Positions 19,334-28,592 of a DNA stretch of 64,000 bases are shown here, in pieces. How positions within the stretch are numbered: the first letter of the stretch is position 1; each line of letters begins with the position of its first letter. The stretch spans positions 90,157 through 154,156 of the IMG/VR virus record IMGVR_UViG_3300044816_000098; one strand, written 5' to 3'. The stretch is from a virus. The notes below the pieces were generated by a model that did not search any database, was not told the DNA's origin, and worked only from the letters and a program-made list of their open reading frames with translations. Both the position numbers and the translations under genes were made by a program.

Positions 19334-20221
19334 ATGCCCGATCTGTGGATGCCCGGCGCACAGAATGTCGACGTCGGGGACCACGCCCTGACCGACACGC
19401 AGTACTCCGCGAAGGCGATTGCCCACATCACGTGGGATAAGAACGCCTCCGCCAACGCCCCGCAGGACCTGGTGTCCTTCGCCACCCTCACCGACTACTT
19501 CGGCCGGAACCCCGACGGCAAGGCCGTGGCTCCGCACATCCTCTGGGACCCGTTCCACGGGACCTTCGCGCAGTTCTACCCGGCCAACAGCCGCTCGAAG
19601 TCCGTGGCGGACAAGGCCGGTGGCACCAGGACCAACCGCGCGGGCAAGGTGGTCATCCAGGTCGAGTCGCTCTTCTTCCCGTACTGCCGGGTCGACGGCC
19701 ACACCTACGCGCGTCTGGCCGACACTCCCTGCAAGGGCTGGGACAAGCTCAACGCCTGGATCCGCTCCTGGGGTGTGGCCGATACCTGGCCCATGGGCCA
19801 CCCGGTCAACTTCAACTCCAACCGCGACGAGGGCATCTGGGAGACGCACGGCGGTTGGTACGCCCACGCCCAGGTCCCCGAGAATGATCACCAGGACCCC
19901 GGCTCCTGGCCGAACTTCATCTCGGCTCCCGCCAGCGGGGGTGGCACTCCCGCTCCGGTCTACCAGCCCTTCCCGGGCACCGCGACGTTCGTCGATGGGC
20001 ACAGGTCCCCGATCATCGAGGCGATGCACAACCGCCTGGTGGCTGTGGGCTGTGGCCACTACACGAGCAACCTGAAGAAGGACGTCTGGGGCTCCGGCGA
20101 CAAGAACTCGTACGCGGCGTGGCAGCGCTCCACGGCCGGTGGCGGTTACACCGGCTCGGCTGCCGACGGCATACCCGGCCCCGCTTCGTGGGGTCGGCTC
20201 CACGTCCCGAAGGTGGTCTGA
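19334..20221 (+). CDS. endolysin (amidase-type with C-terminal peptidoglycan-binding domain)
   Basis: AHITW...QVE...HAQVPENDHQDPG Zn-amidase pattern; ADGIPG PG-binding motif. Confidence 0.85.
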   Translation: MPDLWMPGAQNVDVGDHALTDTQYSAKAIAHITWDKNASANAPQDLVSFATLTDYFGRNPDGKAVAPHILWDPFHGTFAQFYPANSRSKSVADKAGGTRTNRAGKVVIQVESLFFPYCRVDGHTYARLADTPCKGWDKLNAWIRSWGVADTWPMGHPVNFNSNRDEGIWETHGGWYAHAQVPENDHQDPGSWPNFISAPASGGGTPAPVYQPFPGTATFVDGHRSPIIEAMHNRLVAVGCGHYTSNLKKDVWGSGDKNSYAAWQRSTAGGGYTGSAADGIPGPASWGRLHVPKVV

Positions 20222-20222
20222 C

Positions 20223-20534
20223 ATGCCCGATAGCCAGAACGTCGTCCTCAGTCTGGTCCGCACCTGGGTCCCGATCGTGGTCGGCTCCGTCGTCTCGTGG
20301 CTCGCCGGGCTCGGCCTGGACGTCAACACGGACGCCAAGGGCGCCATGACGGTCCTGATGACCGCGATCCTGATCGGCCTGTACTACACGGTCGTGCGCC
20401 TGCTGGAGAAGCAGTTCCCCTGGATCGGGATCCTGCTGGGGGCTCCGACCCAGCCGGTGTACTCCGCGCCGGTGACGACCTCCAACGGGGGAACGGCCGC
20501 CCCGATGTACCCGCCGGACCCTCCGGTCCTCTAA
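20223..20534 (+). CDS. holin-like protein
   Basis: Two TM segments directly after the endolysin. Confidence 0.7.
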   Translation: MPDSQNVVLSLVRTWVPIVVGSVVSWLAGLGLDVNTDAKGAMTVLMTAILIGLYYTVVRLLEKQFPWIGILLGAPTQPVYSAPVTTSNGGTAAPMYPPDPPVL

Positions 20535-20547
20535 GGTCGGCCCTTCG

Positions 20548-20588
20548 AGAAGCCCCGTCTGTACCCGCCCGGCACAGACGGGGCTTCT
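20548..20588 (+). terminator. terminator-like hairpin
   Basis: 15-bp inverted repeat AGAAGCCCCGTCTGT. Confidence 0.7.
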
Positions 20589-20591
20589 TGC

Positions 20592-20624
20592 TGTCCTCCC
20601 GGCCGGTAGGGCCCAGAAGAGGTG
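20592..20624 (+). promoter_or_regulatory. putative late promoter TGTC-N20-GAAGAGGTG
   Basis: Motif copy. Confidence 0.7.
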
Positions 20625-20635
20625 GAGGTGCGCCG

Positions 20636-22363
20636 ATGCTGAAGTACGCCAGCACGCAGGTCATGTCGAAGGTTCTCGCCCCGGTGGGCGTGAGCCGCCG
20701 TGAGCTGCGTCGGTTCGCGCACCGGCACCAGTTCCAGTACGAGGTGCGGCCGGGGTTCCTGTACGTCCGCTCGCGGGCGATCTCCAGTCGGTGCAACGAC
20801 AACTTCGACGAGTTCCCCGCCGAGGAGCTGGAGAAGGCGTATGCCTCCTTCAAGGGCAAGCCGGTCTTCGTCAATCACGTGAACAACAACCACCACCGCG
20901 CTCGCGGCGTGATCATCGACGCCGCGCTCCACAAGGACTCGAACCGCGACGGCAGTCGAGACTGGTGGATCGAGGTCCTTCAGGAAATCGACGCGGTCCG
21001 CTTTCCCCGGCTGGCGAAGGAAATCCTGGCGGGCAATATCGCCCGGACCTCCATGGGCTGCGATGTGTCCCATTCCATTTGCAGCGCGTGCGGGAACAAG
21101 GCCACCACTCCGGCCGAATACTGCGCGCACATTCCGGCCTCCAAGGGAATGAAGCTCTACCGGACGACTGCCTCCGGGCAGAAGGTCGGCGACATCATCC
21201 GGGAGACCTGCTTCGGGCTGAAGTTCTTCGAGAACTCGCTCCTGGTGGAACCCCCGGCGGACCCCACGGCGCATTTCACTGGTGTCGACGCCTCCGGCCT
21301 GGACAAGGCTGCGGCCCTCTCCCAGAAGGAAAGGGCCACCCCTGCCATGCCGAGCCATACCTTGCCGGACCATGCCGCGCCACGCCTAGCCGAGACCAGC
21401 CACGCGGTGAACCAGCAGCGTACCGCATCGGTTGACGCTGTCTCCAAACTGGCCTACGGCGAGACGAAGGCTCCGGAGGACGTCGACACCCTCCGCGAGG
21501 ACTCGTGCCCCGTCTGCGGCGACCGCGACACCTATGACGGCGCGACCTGTGCGGTCTGTGCATATGTTTCGCCGCCGAAAATCTTCCAGGACCCGGATCT
21601 CGAACTCGCCCGCCAGATGGACCTGAGGAAAGACATCTCGGAGTTCAACGGTCAGCCGGGCCAGCCCGTCGATCCGAACGCCCTGGATGCACAGGGCAAT
21701 CCCATCCCCGGCGCCTCTCCCGAAGAGCAGGTCCCCGGTTCGCTCCCCGGTGAGGTTCAGGCCGAGGTGCAGACCGCTGACGGCTCCGAGGGTCAGATGC
21801 CGGGTCAGGACGGCCAGATGGCCCCGCAGCCGGGGGAACCGATTGACCCGGCCATGCTCGGACCTGACGGTCAGCCTCTTCAGCAGGGCCAGCAGATGAT
21901 CGGCCCTGACGGGATGCCTCTTCCCCAGCAAGGGCAGCAGCCCATGCTGGGTCCGGACGGTATGCCCATCGGACCCCAGCCGCTTCCTGCGGATGCGATG
22001 TCCGGTGACGGCCAGCCGTTCAACCCTGGCCCGAACGAGCCCCAGGGACCCGGTGGTCCGGAACAGCCTCTCGGACCCGAGGACCTGGACAGCGACGGTC
22101 AGGTGCCCAACCCGGAAGCCGGACAGGGTGTACCGGGCACTCCCGAGGACGGTGTCCCCGACCTCATGTGCCCCGCCTGCGGATTCACCGCCGACGCCAC
22201 TCAGCCCGTCTCCGTCGACATGGACACGGCCAACCTCCCGGACGCGGGAGTGGCCACCCAGGACGGAGTAGCGGCCGGGGATGTCTGCCCGAACTGCGGC
22301 ACGGGACTGTTGCTCAGCCCGGCTGAGGTCCAGGGCGAAGCCTCCGTTCCCGTCACCGTGTAG
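20636..22363 (+). CDS. capsid maturation (prohead) protease with Pro/Gln-rich, Zn-ribbon C-terminal extension
   Basis: GKPVFVNH, TSMGC and FFENSLLVEPPAD motifs. Confidence 0.85.
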   Translation: MLKYASTQVMSKVLAPVGVSRRELRRFAHRHQFQYEVRPGFLYVRSRAISSRCNDNFDEFPAEELEKAYASFKGKPVFVNHVNNNHHRARGVIIDAALHKDSNRDGSRDWWIEVLQEIDAVRFPRLAKEILAGNIARTSMGCDVSHSICSACGNKATTPAEYCAHIPASKGMKLYRTTASGQKVGDIIRETCFGLKFFENSLLVEPPADPTAHFTGVDASGLDKAAALSQKERATPAMPSHTLPDHAAPRLAETSHAVNQQRTASVDAVSKLAYGETKAPEDVDTLREDSCPVCGDRDTYDGATCAVCAYVSPPKIFQDPDLELARQMDLRKDISEFNGQPGQPVDPNALDAQGNPIPGASPEEQVPGSLPGEVQAEVQTADGSEGQMPGQDGQMAPQPGEPIDPAMLGPDGQPLQQGQQMIGPDGMPLPQQGQQPMLGPDGMPIGPQPLPADAMSGDGQPFNPGPNEPQGPGGPEQPLGPEDLDSDGQVPNPEAGQGVPGTPEDGVPDLMCPACGFTADATQPVSVDMDTANLPDAGVATQDGVAAGDVCPNCGTGLLLSPAEVQGEASVPVTV

Positions 22364-22373
22364 GAGAGAAGCG

Positions 22374-22634
22374 ATGCCGATGCCCCCTGAAGAAGAGATG
22401 CAGAACGCACCGGTCATGGTGGATTTCACTCTCCGCCTGCACGGCCAGATGGTCCGTTGTCAGGGATACATCCCCCTGGCGGAGTGGACTGCTCTCGGGA
22501 ATCACGAGGCCCAGTTCGAAGAGTTGAGACTCTCGATGGCGAAGTCGATGGGCGCGGTCCTCGATCAGGTGGAGCGGAGCAAGATGCTCCAGGACACCGA
22601 ATCCTGTCCCGATCCGGCTCAGACCCCCGAATAG
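22374..22634 (+). CDS. small hypothetical protein
   Basis: AGGAG RBS. Confidence 0.5.
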   Translation: MPMPPEEEMQNAPVMVDFTLRLHGQMVRCQGYIPLAEWTALGNHEAQFEELRLSMAKSMGAVLDQVERSKMLQDTESCPDPAQTPE

Positions 22635-22637
22635 TTG
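22605..22637 (+). promoter_or_regulatory. degenerate late promoter TGTC-N20-GAATAGTTG
   Basis: Same spacing; upstream of 22686. Confidence 0.5.
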
Positions 22638-22685
22638 AAGACCATCGCTCCCGGCCTGCCGCGAGCCCCAGAAGGAGTACCCAGT

Positions 22686-23582
22686 ATGGGAAACCGACCG
22701 CTCATGCAGGCTGTTGCGAACCAGCAGCGCACCCTCCAGTCCCTCGCGGCACGTAACGCGGTCCTGGAGCACGAGAACGCCGTACTCGGCCTCCAGCTCG
22801 CCTTCGTGGCCCGCATGGCGGGCGTCTCCAAGGAGATCGCGGCCATCCGCACGCAGGCAGACATCGACAACCCGGCTCAGCCGGTCGAGAACCCCGCGAG
22901 CGAAGCCCCGGCGGAGACCACCCAGGAGGCGATGACTCCTGAGGCGTACGACGACCCGAACGCCATCGGCCAGACCCCGGGCGCGACCCAGGGTGTCCCC
23001 GCCGCCGCGACCGGTACCCCGATGGACCCGGGAGTCACTCTCCCGACCTCGCCGTACAACCAGCTCATGGACGTCTCCGCTCCGGTGGCCGGTACCGAGA
23101 CCCACGTCCCGGACGAGCAGACCCGGATCGAGACCGATGTCCGTGTCGGCGACCCCATGAACCCCGAGACCGCGTACCCGCTGAACCCGGCCTTCGGGCC
23201 GACCCAGCAGCGCGGTACCACCCCGCCCAGCTCGGGTGAGATGAGCCAGACCGGTTCCCGCAACCGGACCATGGCCTCCATCCGCCTGGCCCGGCTCCAG
23301 ATCGCGGCCGGTATCGCGGTGGGCGACGACCTCGCCATCGCGGCCGGTATCGAGTCCAACGCCGCGCTGACCGACGAGTCCATCCGGACTCAGATCGAGA
23401 CGCTCGCGCAGGTCTCCCGGGTCGCTTCCCGCCAGCCCCGCCCGAACAACCTGGTACCTCGTGCGGCTGCGGGCAACGTCCGCCGTACCACCCCGTCGCT
23501 GGTGACTCAGCCCGCTCCGATCACCTCGGTGGCCGGTTCCGTGGGCGCAGTTGATGTCGACGCGGAGAGCCTGTTCGACTAG
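22686..23582 (+). CDS. putative scaffolding/head assembly protein
   Basis: Position between protease and capsid; N-terminal coiled coil; AAGGAG RBS. Confidence 0.6.
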   Translation: MGNRPLMQAVANQQRTLQSLAARNAVLEHENAVLGLQLAFVARMAGVSKEIAAIRTQADIDNPAQPVENPASEAPAETTQEAMTPEAYDDPNAIGQTPGATQGVPAAATGTPMDPGVTLPTSPYNQLMDVSAPVAGTETHVPDEQTRIETDVRVGDPMNPETAYPLNPAFGPTQQRGTTPPSSGEMSQTGSRNRTMASIRLARLQIAAGIAVGDDLAIAAGIESNAALTDESIRTQIETLAQVSRVASRQPRPNNLVPRAAAGNVRRTTPSLVTQPAPITSVAGSVGAVDVDAESLFD

Positions 23583-23599
23583 TACAGTCGACCGAAGAC

Positions 23600-23644
23600 A
23601 GCCCCGGACCTGGGAGTGGTGCAGGCCGGGGCTTCTTCGTTTTC
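23600..23644 (+). terminator. terminator-like hairpin with T-tail
   Basis: AGCCCCGG...CCGGGGCT then TCTTCGTTTTC. Confidence 0.6.
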
Positions 23645-23654
23645 CGGGCGATGC

Positions 23655-23688
23655 TGTCCAACTGACCTTGAGGCCCGGATAAGAGGTG
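23655..23688 (+). promoter_or_regulatory. late promoter variant TGTC-N21-TAAGAGGTG
   Basis: Motif copy upstream of the decoration/capsid genes. Confidence 0.6.
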
Positions 23689-23761
23689 AGGGAACCCGTC
23701 TCGCGTCGGACACGAGCAGACGGCCTAAATGTCCGATACGCGAGATTGAAGGAGGGAAAGT

Positions 23762-24271
23762 ATGCTTCGCACTCGTATGGCGACCAGCTACATCAAGCGG
23801 ACGATCCGTCCGCTGTATGGCTGGACACAGTCCACGCCGAAGTCGTGCTTCCTGGACCCCGCCTGGGACCGGTCGGTGAACATCTGGCCCGGCATGGTCT
23901 TCATGAAGACCGCTGGCGAGAACGTCACCCTGCTCAACGGAACCGGTGTTCCGTACGGCCTGGGCGCCCTGTACGTCGGTGGCGACGGGATCGACGAGCC
24001 TCTCGACTCCGGCATCAACACCTTCGCCACCTGGGTCCTGGACCCGGACGCGGAGTTCGAGATCCTCGCCCCCGCCTTCGACACCACCCTCACCTGGGCT
24101 GAGGTCGGCGACGGCACCGAGACCCTGATCTACGGTCAGACCACCGGTGCGAGCCGAGGCAAGCTGGTTGTGGCCGGTACCTCCGGTGCCTCCGCCCAGC
24201 CGGTCGCGCGTCTCCTGAAGGTCAACTCGCCGACGAAGATCACCATCGGTGGCCTTCGGCAGAAGTACTAG
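23762..24271 (+). CDS. putative capsid decoration protein
   Basis: 169-aa beta-rich ORF directly upstream of the major capsid gene. Confidence 0.6.
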   Translation: MLRTRMATSYIKRTIRPLYGWTQSTPKSCFLDPAWDRSVNIWPGMVFMKTAGENVTLLNGTGVPYGLGALYVGGDGIDEPLDSGINTFATWVLDPDAEFEILAPAFDTTLTWAEVGDGTETLIYGQTTGASRGKLVVAGTSGASAQPVARLLKVNSPTKITIGGLRQKY

Positions 24272-24283
24272 GAGAGCCGACCA

Positions 24284-25270
24284 ATGACGCAGACCCTCGC
24301 GACAACCTCCGGCCTCCGTGGCCGCGTTGCCAAGAAGTCCGACGACTACGTGTCGTCCATCGTCGCCCGTCGGGAGAGCGCTCAGCCGCTCACCCACGAG
24401 GCGAAGGTGCAGAAGATGGCGCTCATCCTCTCCGACGAGACCAGCGGCATCCGCCGTCTGGGTGTCGGCATGGTGGGTCCCATCCAGCTCAAGCTGCGCT
24501 ACCAGGGCATCACCCGTAACGTCCTCGTCGAGGACCCGGTGACCCCGGGTACCCCCGTCGAATATGACGTCTGGGACGACTTGGGCCAGGCGTACATCAT
24601 GTCCGGCACTGAGGGCGAAGTCCGTGTGACTCCGTTCGAGGGCAAGCGTGTTCCGGTGCGGTTCTTCCGCATCGCCTCTCGTCCGGCCATCCGTAAGGAG
24701 GACCTGTTCTACCTCCGCATCAACGCGGTGGAGCAGGCCCAGGACGAGACCAAGCAGGCCATCCTCAAGCAGGAGGACAGCCGCCTGCTGGTCCTGCTCC
24801 AGGCCGGTCTGACGGACTACGCCACCCGCCCGGACCACACGGTCACCCCGAACCACAACATCACCGAGGCGTCGGGCTACCTGACGCCGGGGTCGCTGTA
24901 CAGCGCGGTCGCCATGACCGACATGCACGAACTCCAGTCTGCGCGGATCCTGATCAACCCGTTCGACTTCCGTGACATGTACCGCTGGGACATCAATCAG
25001 ACCGGCTGGGCATTCAAGGACAGGATCGTCGCGGGCGAGACGATCACCTCGTTCGGCGAGTTCCAGATCCAGCGGTCGATCATCGTCCCGCAGGGCAAGA
25101 TCTTCCTCACCCCTGAGCCGAACTTCCTCGGCGTCTTCCCCGTGCTCTACTCGCTCGATGTCGAGGAGAACCACATGGTCGAGGCGTTCTGGAAGGGCTG
25201 GGTATTCGACGAGATGGTGTCCATGGCCATCCTGAACCCGCGCGGCATCGCCACCATCACCAAGGCGTAA
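24284..25270 (+). CDS. major capsid protein
   Basis: Resembles cluster-C-type myovirus capsid (PIQLKLRYQGITR...KQEDSRL...NPRGI); strong codon bias. Confidence 0.85.
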   Translation: MTQTLATTSGLRGRVAKKSDDYVSSIVARRESAQPLTHEAKVQKMALILSDETSGIRRLGVGMVGPIQLKLRYQGITRNVLVEDPVTPGTPVEYDVWDDLGQAYIMSGTEGEVRVTPFEGKRVPVRFFRIASRPAIRKEDLFYLRINAVEQAQDETKQAILKQEDSRLLVLLQAGLTDYATRPDHTVTPNHNITEASGYLTPGSLYSAVAMTDMHELQSARILINPFDFRDMYRWDINQTGWAFKDRIVAGETITSFGEFQIQRSIIVPQGKIFLTPEPNFLGVFPVLYSLDVEENHMVEAFWKGWVFDEMVSMAILNPRGIATITKA

Positions 25271-25302
25271 GTTTCCGGTCTTCGGCCGGGAAGCAGGGAA
25301 AG

Positions 25303-25336
25303 CGAAGGGCCCCTCTCTCACCAGAGGGGCCCTTCG
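25303..25336. terminator. bidirectional terminator-like hairpin
   Basis: CGAAGGGCCCCTCT...AGAGGGGCCCTTCG between convergent genes. Confidence 0.75.
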
Positions 25337-25341
25337 TCATT

Positions 25342-25527
25342 TCAGGTCCCGTTATCCCGTCTTTCCTCGTACGCCTTCACCTGGTCGCCCGTCCATATGG
25401 GCCCGCAGGCGAGTTCCTTGGGTGGGGTCAGGTTTTTCCGGGCAAGCTTCGCGGCACCCTGCCGGGTAATTCCCCAGCGAGCGGCCAGTTCGCCAACGCC
25501 GTACAGATCCAGCTCGTGTGCCTCCAT
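25342..25527 (-). CDS. small HTH DNA-binding protein
   Basis: LYGVGELAARWGITRQ...GPIW pattern; the only convincing minus-strand CDS. Confidence 0.75.
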   Translation of the reverse strand: MEAHELDLYGVGELAARWGITRQGAAKLARKNLTPPKELACGPIWTGDQVKAYEERRDNGT

Positions 25528-25550
25528 GCTGATCAGTGGACCATCACCCC

Positions 25551-25602
25551 TTGACGCCGTCAACCGGAACGGGTTGACATCGTCAACGCCACCTGTCAGA
25601 GT
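25551..25602. promoter_or_regulatory. tandem TTGAC-N3-GTCAA operators over a TTGACA-N17-CAGAGT promoter
   Basis: Palindromes at 25551-25563 and 25574-25586. Confidence 0.6.
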
Positions 25603-25609
25603 CTGGTCA

Positions 25610-25677
25610 GGCGGATGAGCGAGATTCGGGTTTCTGTTCCCCTACGGAGATGTCCGGACTGCGCTCGCTCATCCGCC
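25610..25677 (+). ncRNA. candidate hairpin sRNA
   Basis: Perfect 14-bp stem 25610-25623/25664-25677 with further internal pairing. Confidence 0.4.
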
Positions 25678-25735
25678 CGTTCAACCGAGATTCGCTGTTG
25701 GGTCGAACCTGGCCCGGAGGGACAGCATCTTGAAG

Positions 25736-25768
25736 GAAGCCCCCAGGGACCCTGACCCTGGGGGCTTC
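25736..25768 (+). terminator. terminator-like hairpin
   Basis: GAAGCCCCCAGGG...CCCTGGGGGCTTC. Confidence 0.7.
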
Positions 25769-25772
25769 GTCC

Positions 25773-25805
25773 TGTTGGAGTGCCGATGACCCCTCGGAAG
25801 AGGTG
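25773..25805 (+). promoter_or_regulatory. putative late promoter TGTT-N20-GAAGAGGTG
   Basis: Motif copy. Confidence 0.65.
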
Positions 25806-25833
25806 GTAGAGCATTCCAGCGAAGGAGCATGTC

Positions 25834-26373
25834 ATGCCTGTCGACGGCACGGTGGTAGCGAAGAACCTCATGGATGGCGTCACCATCCTGAGTTCTGACG
25901 TCAAGGGGACGGTGGCAGTCGAGTTCGGGGCGATGAACGACCCGAACGGCGACGACATCCAGTACATCCCCACGGAGATCCTGAACTCGCCCGCCTTCAA
26001 GCGCGCCCTCGCGCGCGGGGTGCTGGGCCTGATCGAGGACGACTCCGACCCCGACGTCCTGGAAGCGCTCGGCAAGCAGGTCGCCGCGTTCCAGAAGCGC
26101 CAGCGCGGTGCCGAGGACCAGGTCACGGCCACCATCGACCGCCAGGTCTCCAACGACCAGATCTCCATGTTCTGCGTCGGTCCCGACTCCCGGGGAACGG
26201 GTACGTGTGGGGAAGGCGTACCGGTCAAGGAGTCCCTCAAGGACTCTGCCCCTCCGCTGTGCGGTCGCCACCGGGGTCTTGCCCCGCAGTACGTTCCGGA
26301 GCACCGGACCGAGGGCGAGAGCACTCGGGTGATCTGGAATCGCGTCACGATGACCGCGCGCGTGAGCGCGTAA
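25834..26373 (+). CDS. hypothetical virion-region protein
   Basis: AAGGAG RBS; C-terminal Cys/His motif. Confidence 0.7.
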   Translation: MPVDGTVVAKNLMDGVTILSSDVKGTVAVEFGAMNDPNGDDIQYIPTEILNSPAFKRALARGVLGLIEDDSDPDVLEALGKQVAAFQKRQRGAEDQVTATIDRQVSNDQISMFCVGPDSRGTGTCGEGVPVKESLKDSAPPLCGRHRGLAPQYVPEHRTEGESTRVIWNRVTMTARVSA

Positions 26374-26392
26374 CTCACAAGGAGATCTGAGC

Positions 26393-27025
26393 ATGAGCGA
26401 GCAGAACGAGACGGCGGACGAGAAGGCCCCTCAGGCAGCTCCCCAGCCGTACCGGGAGTCCGAGGACCACGTCCCGGACCCGACCGCCGTCAACGGCACC
26501 CTGGAGACCTCCGACACCGGCGGCGGCCACCACTCCTCCCTGCGGGGCGTGAGCCGCATCTTCGGCAGTGCCGAGGAGTTCCTCGCCCGTGTGGAGAGCG
26601 CCGCCCAGGACAAGGTGGCGGAGCTGGTGGACGACATCAAGGACATGGTCCACCGCGAGGAGGCCGCTGGCGGCCCCCAGCAGACCACCGAGCAGGACGG
26701 CCACCCCGTCCATGAGGGCGAGATCGTCCAGGGTGACGCCACCGGGCACCCCCAGCCGAACGCTGGCGAGGGCGCGGCTGTGGCGTCGGAGAACACCCCG
26801 GCCGACCAGCGTCAGGCGGGTACCGCCGACACCAGCACCGAGGACGTTGTGGACCAGTCGGCGCCCGTCGCCGGTCCGGGTCCGCAGGTCGACGACCAGA
26901 GCACCAAGGCCAAGGTCGCCGACAGCAAGGCGGCCGACAGCAAGGCGGAGCAGGACGCCGCGACGGGCAGCAAGGCCCCGGCCAAGAAGGCTGCTGCCCC
27001 GAAGACCGGTTCCGCCAAGAAGTAG
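26393..27025 (+). CDS. hypothetical low-complexity protein
   Basis: AAGGAG RBS; Lys/Ala-rich tail. Confidence 0.65.
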   Translation: MSEQNETADEKAPQAAPQPYRESEDHVPDPTAVNGTLETSDTGGGHHSSLRGVSRIFGSAEEFLARVESAAQDKVAELVDDIKDMVHREEAAGGPQQTTEQDGHPVHEGEIVQGDATGHPQPNAGEGAAVASENTPADQRQAGTADTSTEDVVDQSAPVAGPGPQVDDQSTKAKVADSKAADSKAEQDAATGSKAPAKKAAAPKTGSAKK

Positions 27026-27052
27026 TCCGAGAGACCCAGAGGAGCAGCACTG

Positions 27053-28444
27053 ATGACCACACCCGTTGACACCGAGGGTGTCTCCGGCAACGCCGGGGCT
27101 GCCCCTCTGGGTACCGGCCGTTTCGCCAGCAACGTCGACACCGCCACTCCCGGCGGGGTCGGTGGTGGAGACACCGGGCTGGCGCCGGACCCGAACACCG
27201 CGATGTCCGGTACCCCCGACACCTCCGGCGCGGGCCAGGGCCAGAGTGCGACTTTCACGCCGGTCAGTACCCTGCTCTCCGGCACCTTGGACACCCAGTC
27301 CATGGGCTGGCCGCTGACTGCGGGTGTCTCCCAGGCGTACCGCGCCCCGAACACCACGATTGGCACCATCAACGGCGCCACCGGCGCGCTGGACACCACC
27401 CGCACCGACACGCCCATCTCGGACGGCTCCACCCGGCCCGACCTGATGAGCACCTACACCGGCACCATGGACAGCAACTACATCGGCGCCCCTGCGGTCC
27501 TGCCGGTCTCCTCGCTGGTCCCCGTCGCCCCGGCCGGTACCCCCACGGTCTCCAACGCGATTGCGGCCCGCTCGGTGCGGGTCACCTGGGCCACCGTGGC
27601 CGACCCGCATGCCACCGCTCCGGTCCAGGGGTACGTCATCCTGGGCTCCACCGGCGGCACGACCTACGCGCCCCGCAACGCGACCTCGGTCATCGTCCAG
27701 AACCTGGTCCCCGGACAGTCGTACAAGTTCCAGGTCGCGGCCCAGAACATCAACGGTCTGGGCCCGTACGGGACCGTCTCCGCCGCCGTCATCCCGTACA
27801 ACCCGGACGAGGCCGACGCGAACGACCCGAACGCCGGTCTGGAGCCCGCGAACACCCAGAACCCCATCTACGGTCCGGACGGCACCATCAAGGCCGGTAC
27901 AGGGCTTGCTGGGCGTCCTGGAGCCCCCACCTCGGTCGTGCTCTCGGGTACCACCACTCCGGGTGTCGTCAACGTTGTCTGGGTCGCTCCGACCGGTGTG
28001 GGCATCGTCCTGCGCTACACGGTGACCCTGTCCTCGGGCCAGACCAAGACGATCGCGGCGGGAACCCTCACCGCGCAGTTCACCGGCGTCGCCAGCGCGA
28101 CGGCCATCACGGGCACCGTCACGGCCGTGGGTGCGGTCACCAGCACCACTTCGGCGGCCTCTGCGGCCTTCGGTAAGCCGACGGCGCCTGCGGCCCCCAC
28201 GCTCACCAGTCCGACCGCCGGGACGATCCACTGCGTGTGGACTGCCCCGTCCTCGGGTGCGCCGCTGAACTACATCATCACCCTCGCGGGTGGCGACACC
28301 ACGACCCACACGGTGGCGGGCAACCTGCTCACCTACGACTTCACCAGCATCACCACCGGCCACGTCGACACTGCCACGGTCGGGGCCCAGGGCTCCGTCT
28401 CCACCACCACCTCGGTCGCCTCCTCTGCGGTGACCGTCTCCTAA
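27053..28444 (+). CDS. fibronectin type III domain virion protein
   Basis: Three FN3-like units (VTW...GY...LVPGQSYKFQVAAQN). Confidence 0.8.
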   Translation: MTTPVDTEGVSGNAGAAPLGTGRFASNVDTATPGGVGGGDTGLAPDPNTAMSGTPDTSGAGQGQSATFTPVSTLLSGTLDTQSMGWPLTAGVSQAYRAPNTTIGTINGATGALDTTRTDTPISDGSTRPDLMSTYTGTMDSNYIGAPAVLPVSSLVPVAPAGTPTVSNAIAARSVRVTWATVADPHATAPVQGYVILGSTGGTTYAPRNATSVIVQNLVPGQSYKFQVAAQNINGLGPYGTVSAAVIPYNPDEADANDPNAGLEPANTQNPIYGPDGTIKAGTGLAGRPGAPTSVVLSGTTTPGVVNVVWVAPTGVGIVLRYTVTLSSGQTKTIAAGTLTAQFTGVASATAITGTVTAVGAVTSTTSAASAAFGKPTAPAAPTLTSPTAGTIHCVWTAPSSGAPLNYIITLAGGDTTTHTVAGNLLTYDFTSITTGHVDTATVGAQGSVSTTTSVASSAVTVS

Positions 28445-28457
28445 CACTCCCTCTCCT

Positions 28458-28499
28458 GACGGGGCCTCCGTACGCGCGACCGGTACGGAGGCCCTCGTC
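28458..28499 (+). terminator. terminator-like hairpin
   Basis: GACGGGGCCTCCGTAC...GTACGGAGGCCCTCGTC. Confidence 0.65.
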
Positions 28500-28532
28500 C
28501 TGTAATCGTTGGTAGTACCTAAGTGATGTTGC

Positions 28533-28565
28533 TGTCTGAGCCCCCGCCTCCCCGGTGAAGAGGTG
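28533..28565 (+). promoter_or_regulatory. putative late promoter TGTC-N20-GAAGAGGTG
   Basis: Motif copy. Confidence 0.7.
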
Positions 28566-28592
28566 AGGCCGTAACCAAGGATCGGGAGCCCG

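Noticed and set aside
19334-19360. Endolysin N-terminus MPDLWMPGA as another LW leader
   Set aside because: Spacing to Ala differs and it is likely part of the amidase domain.
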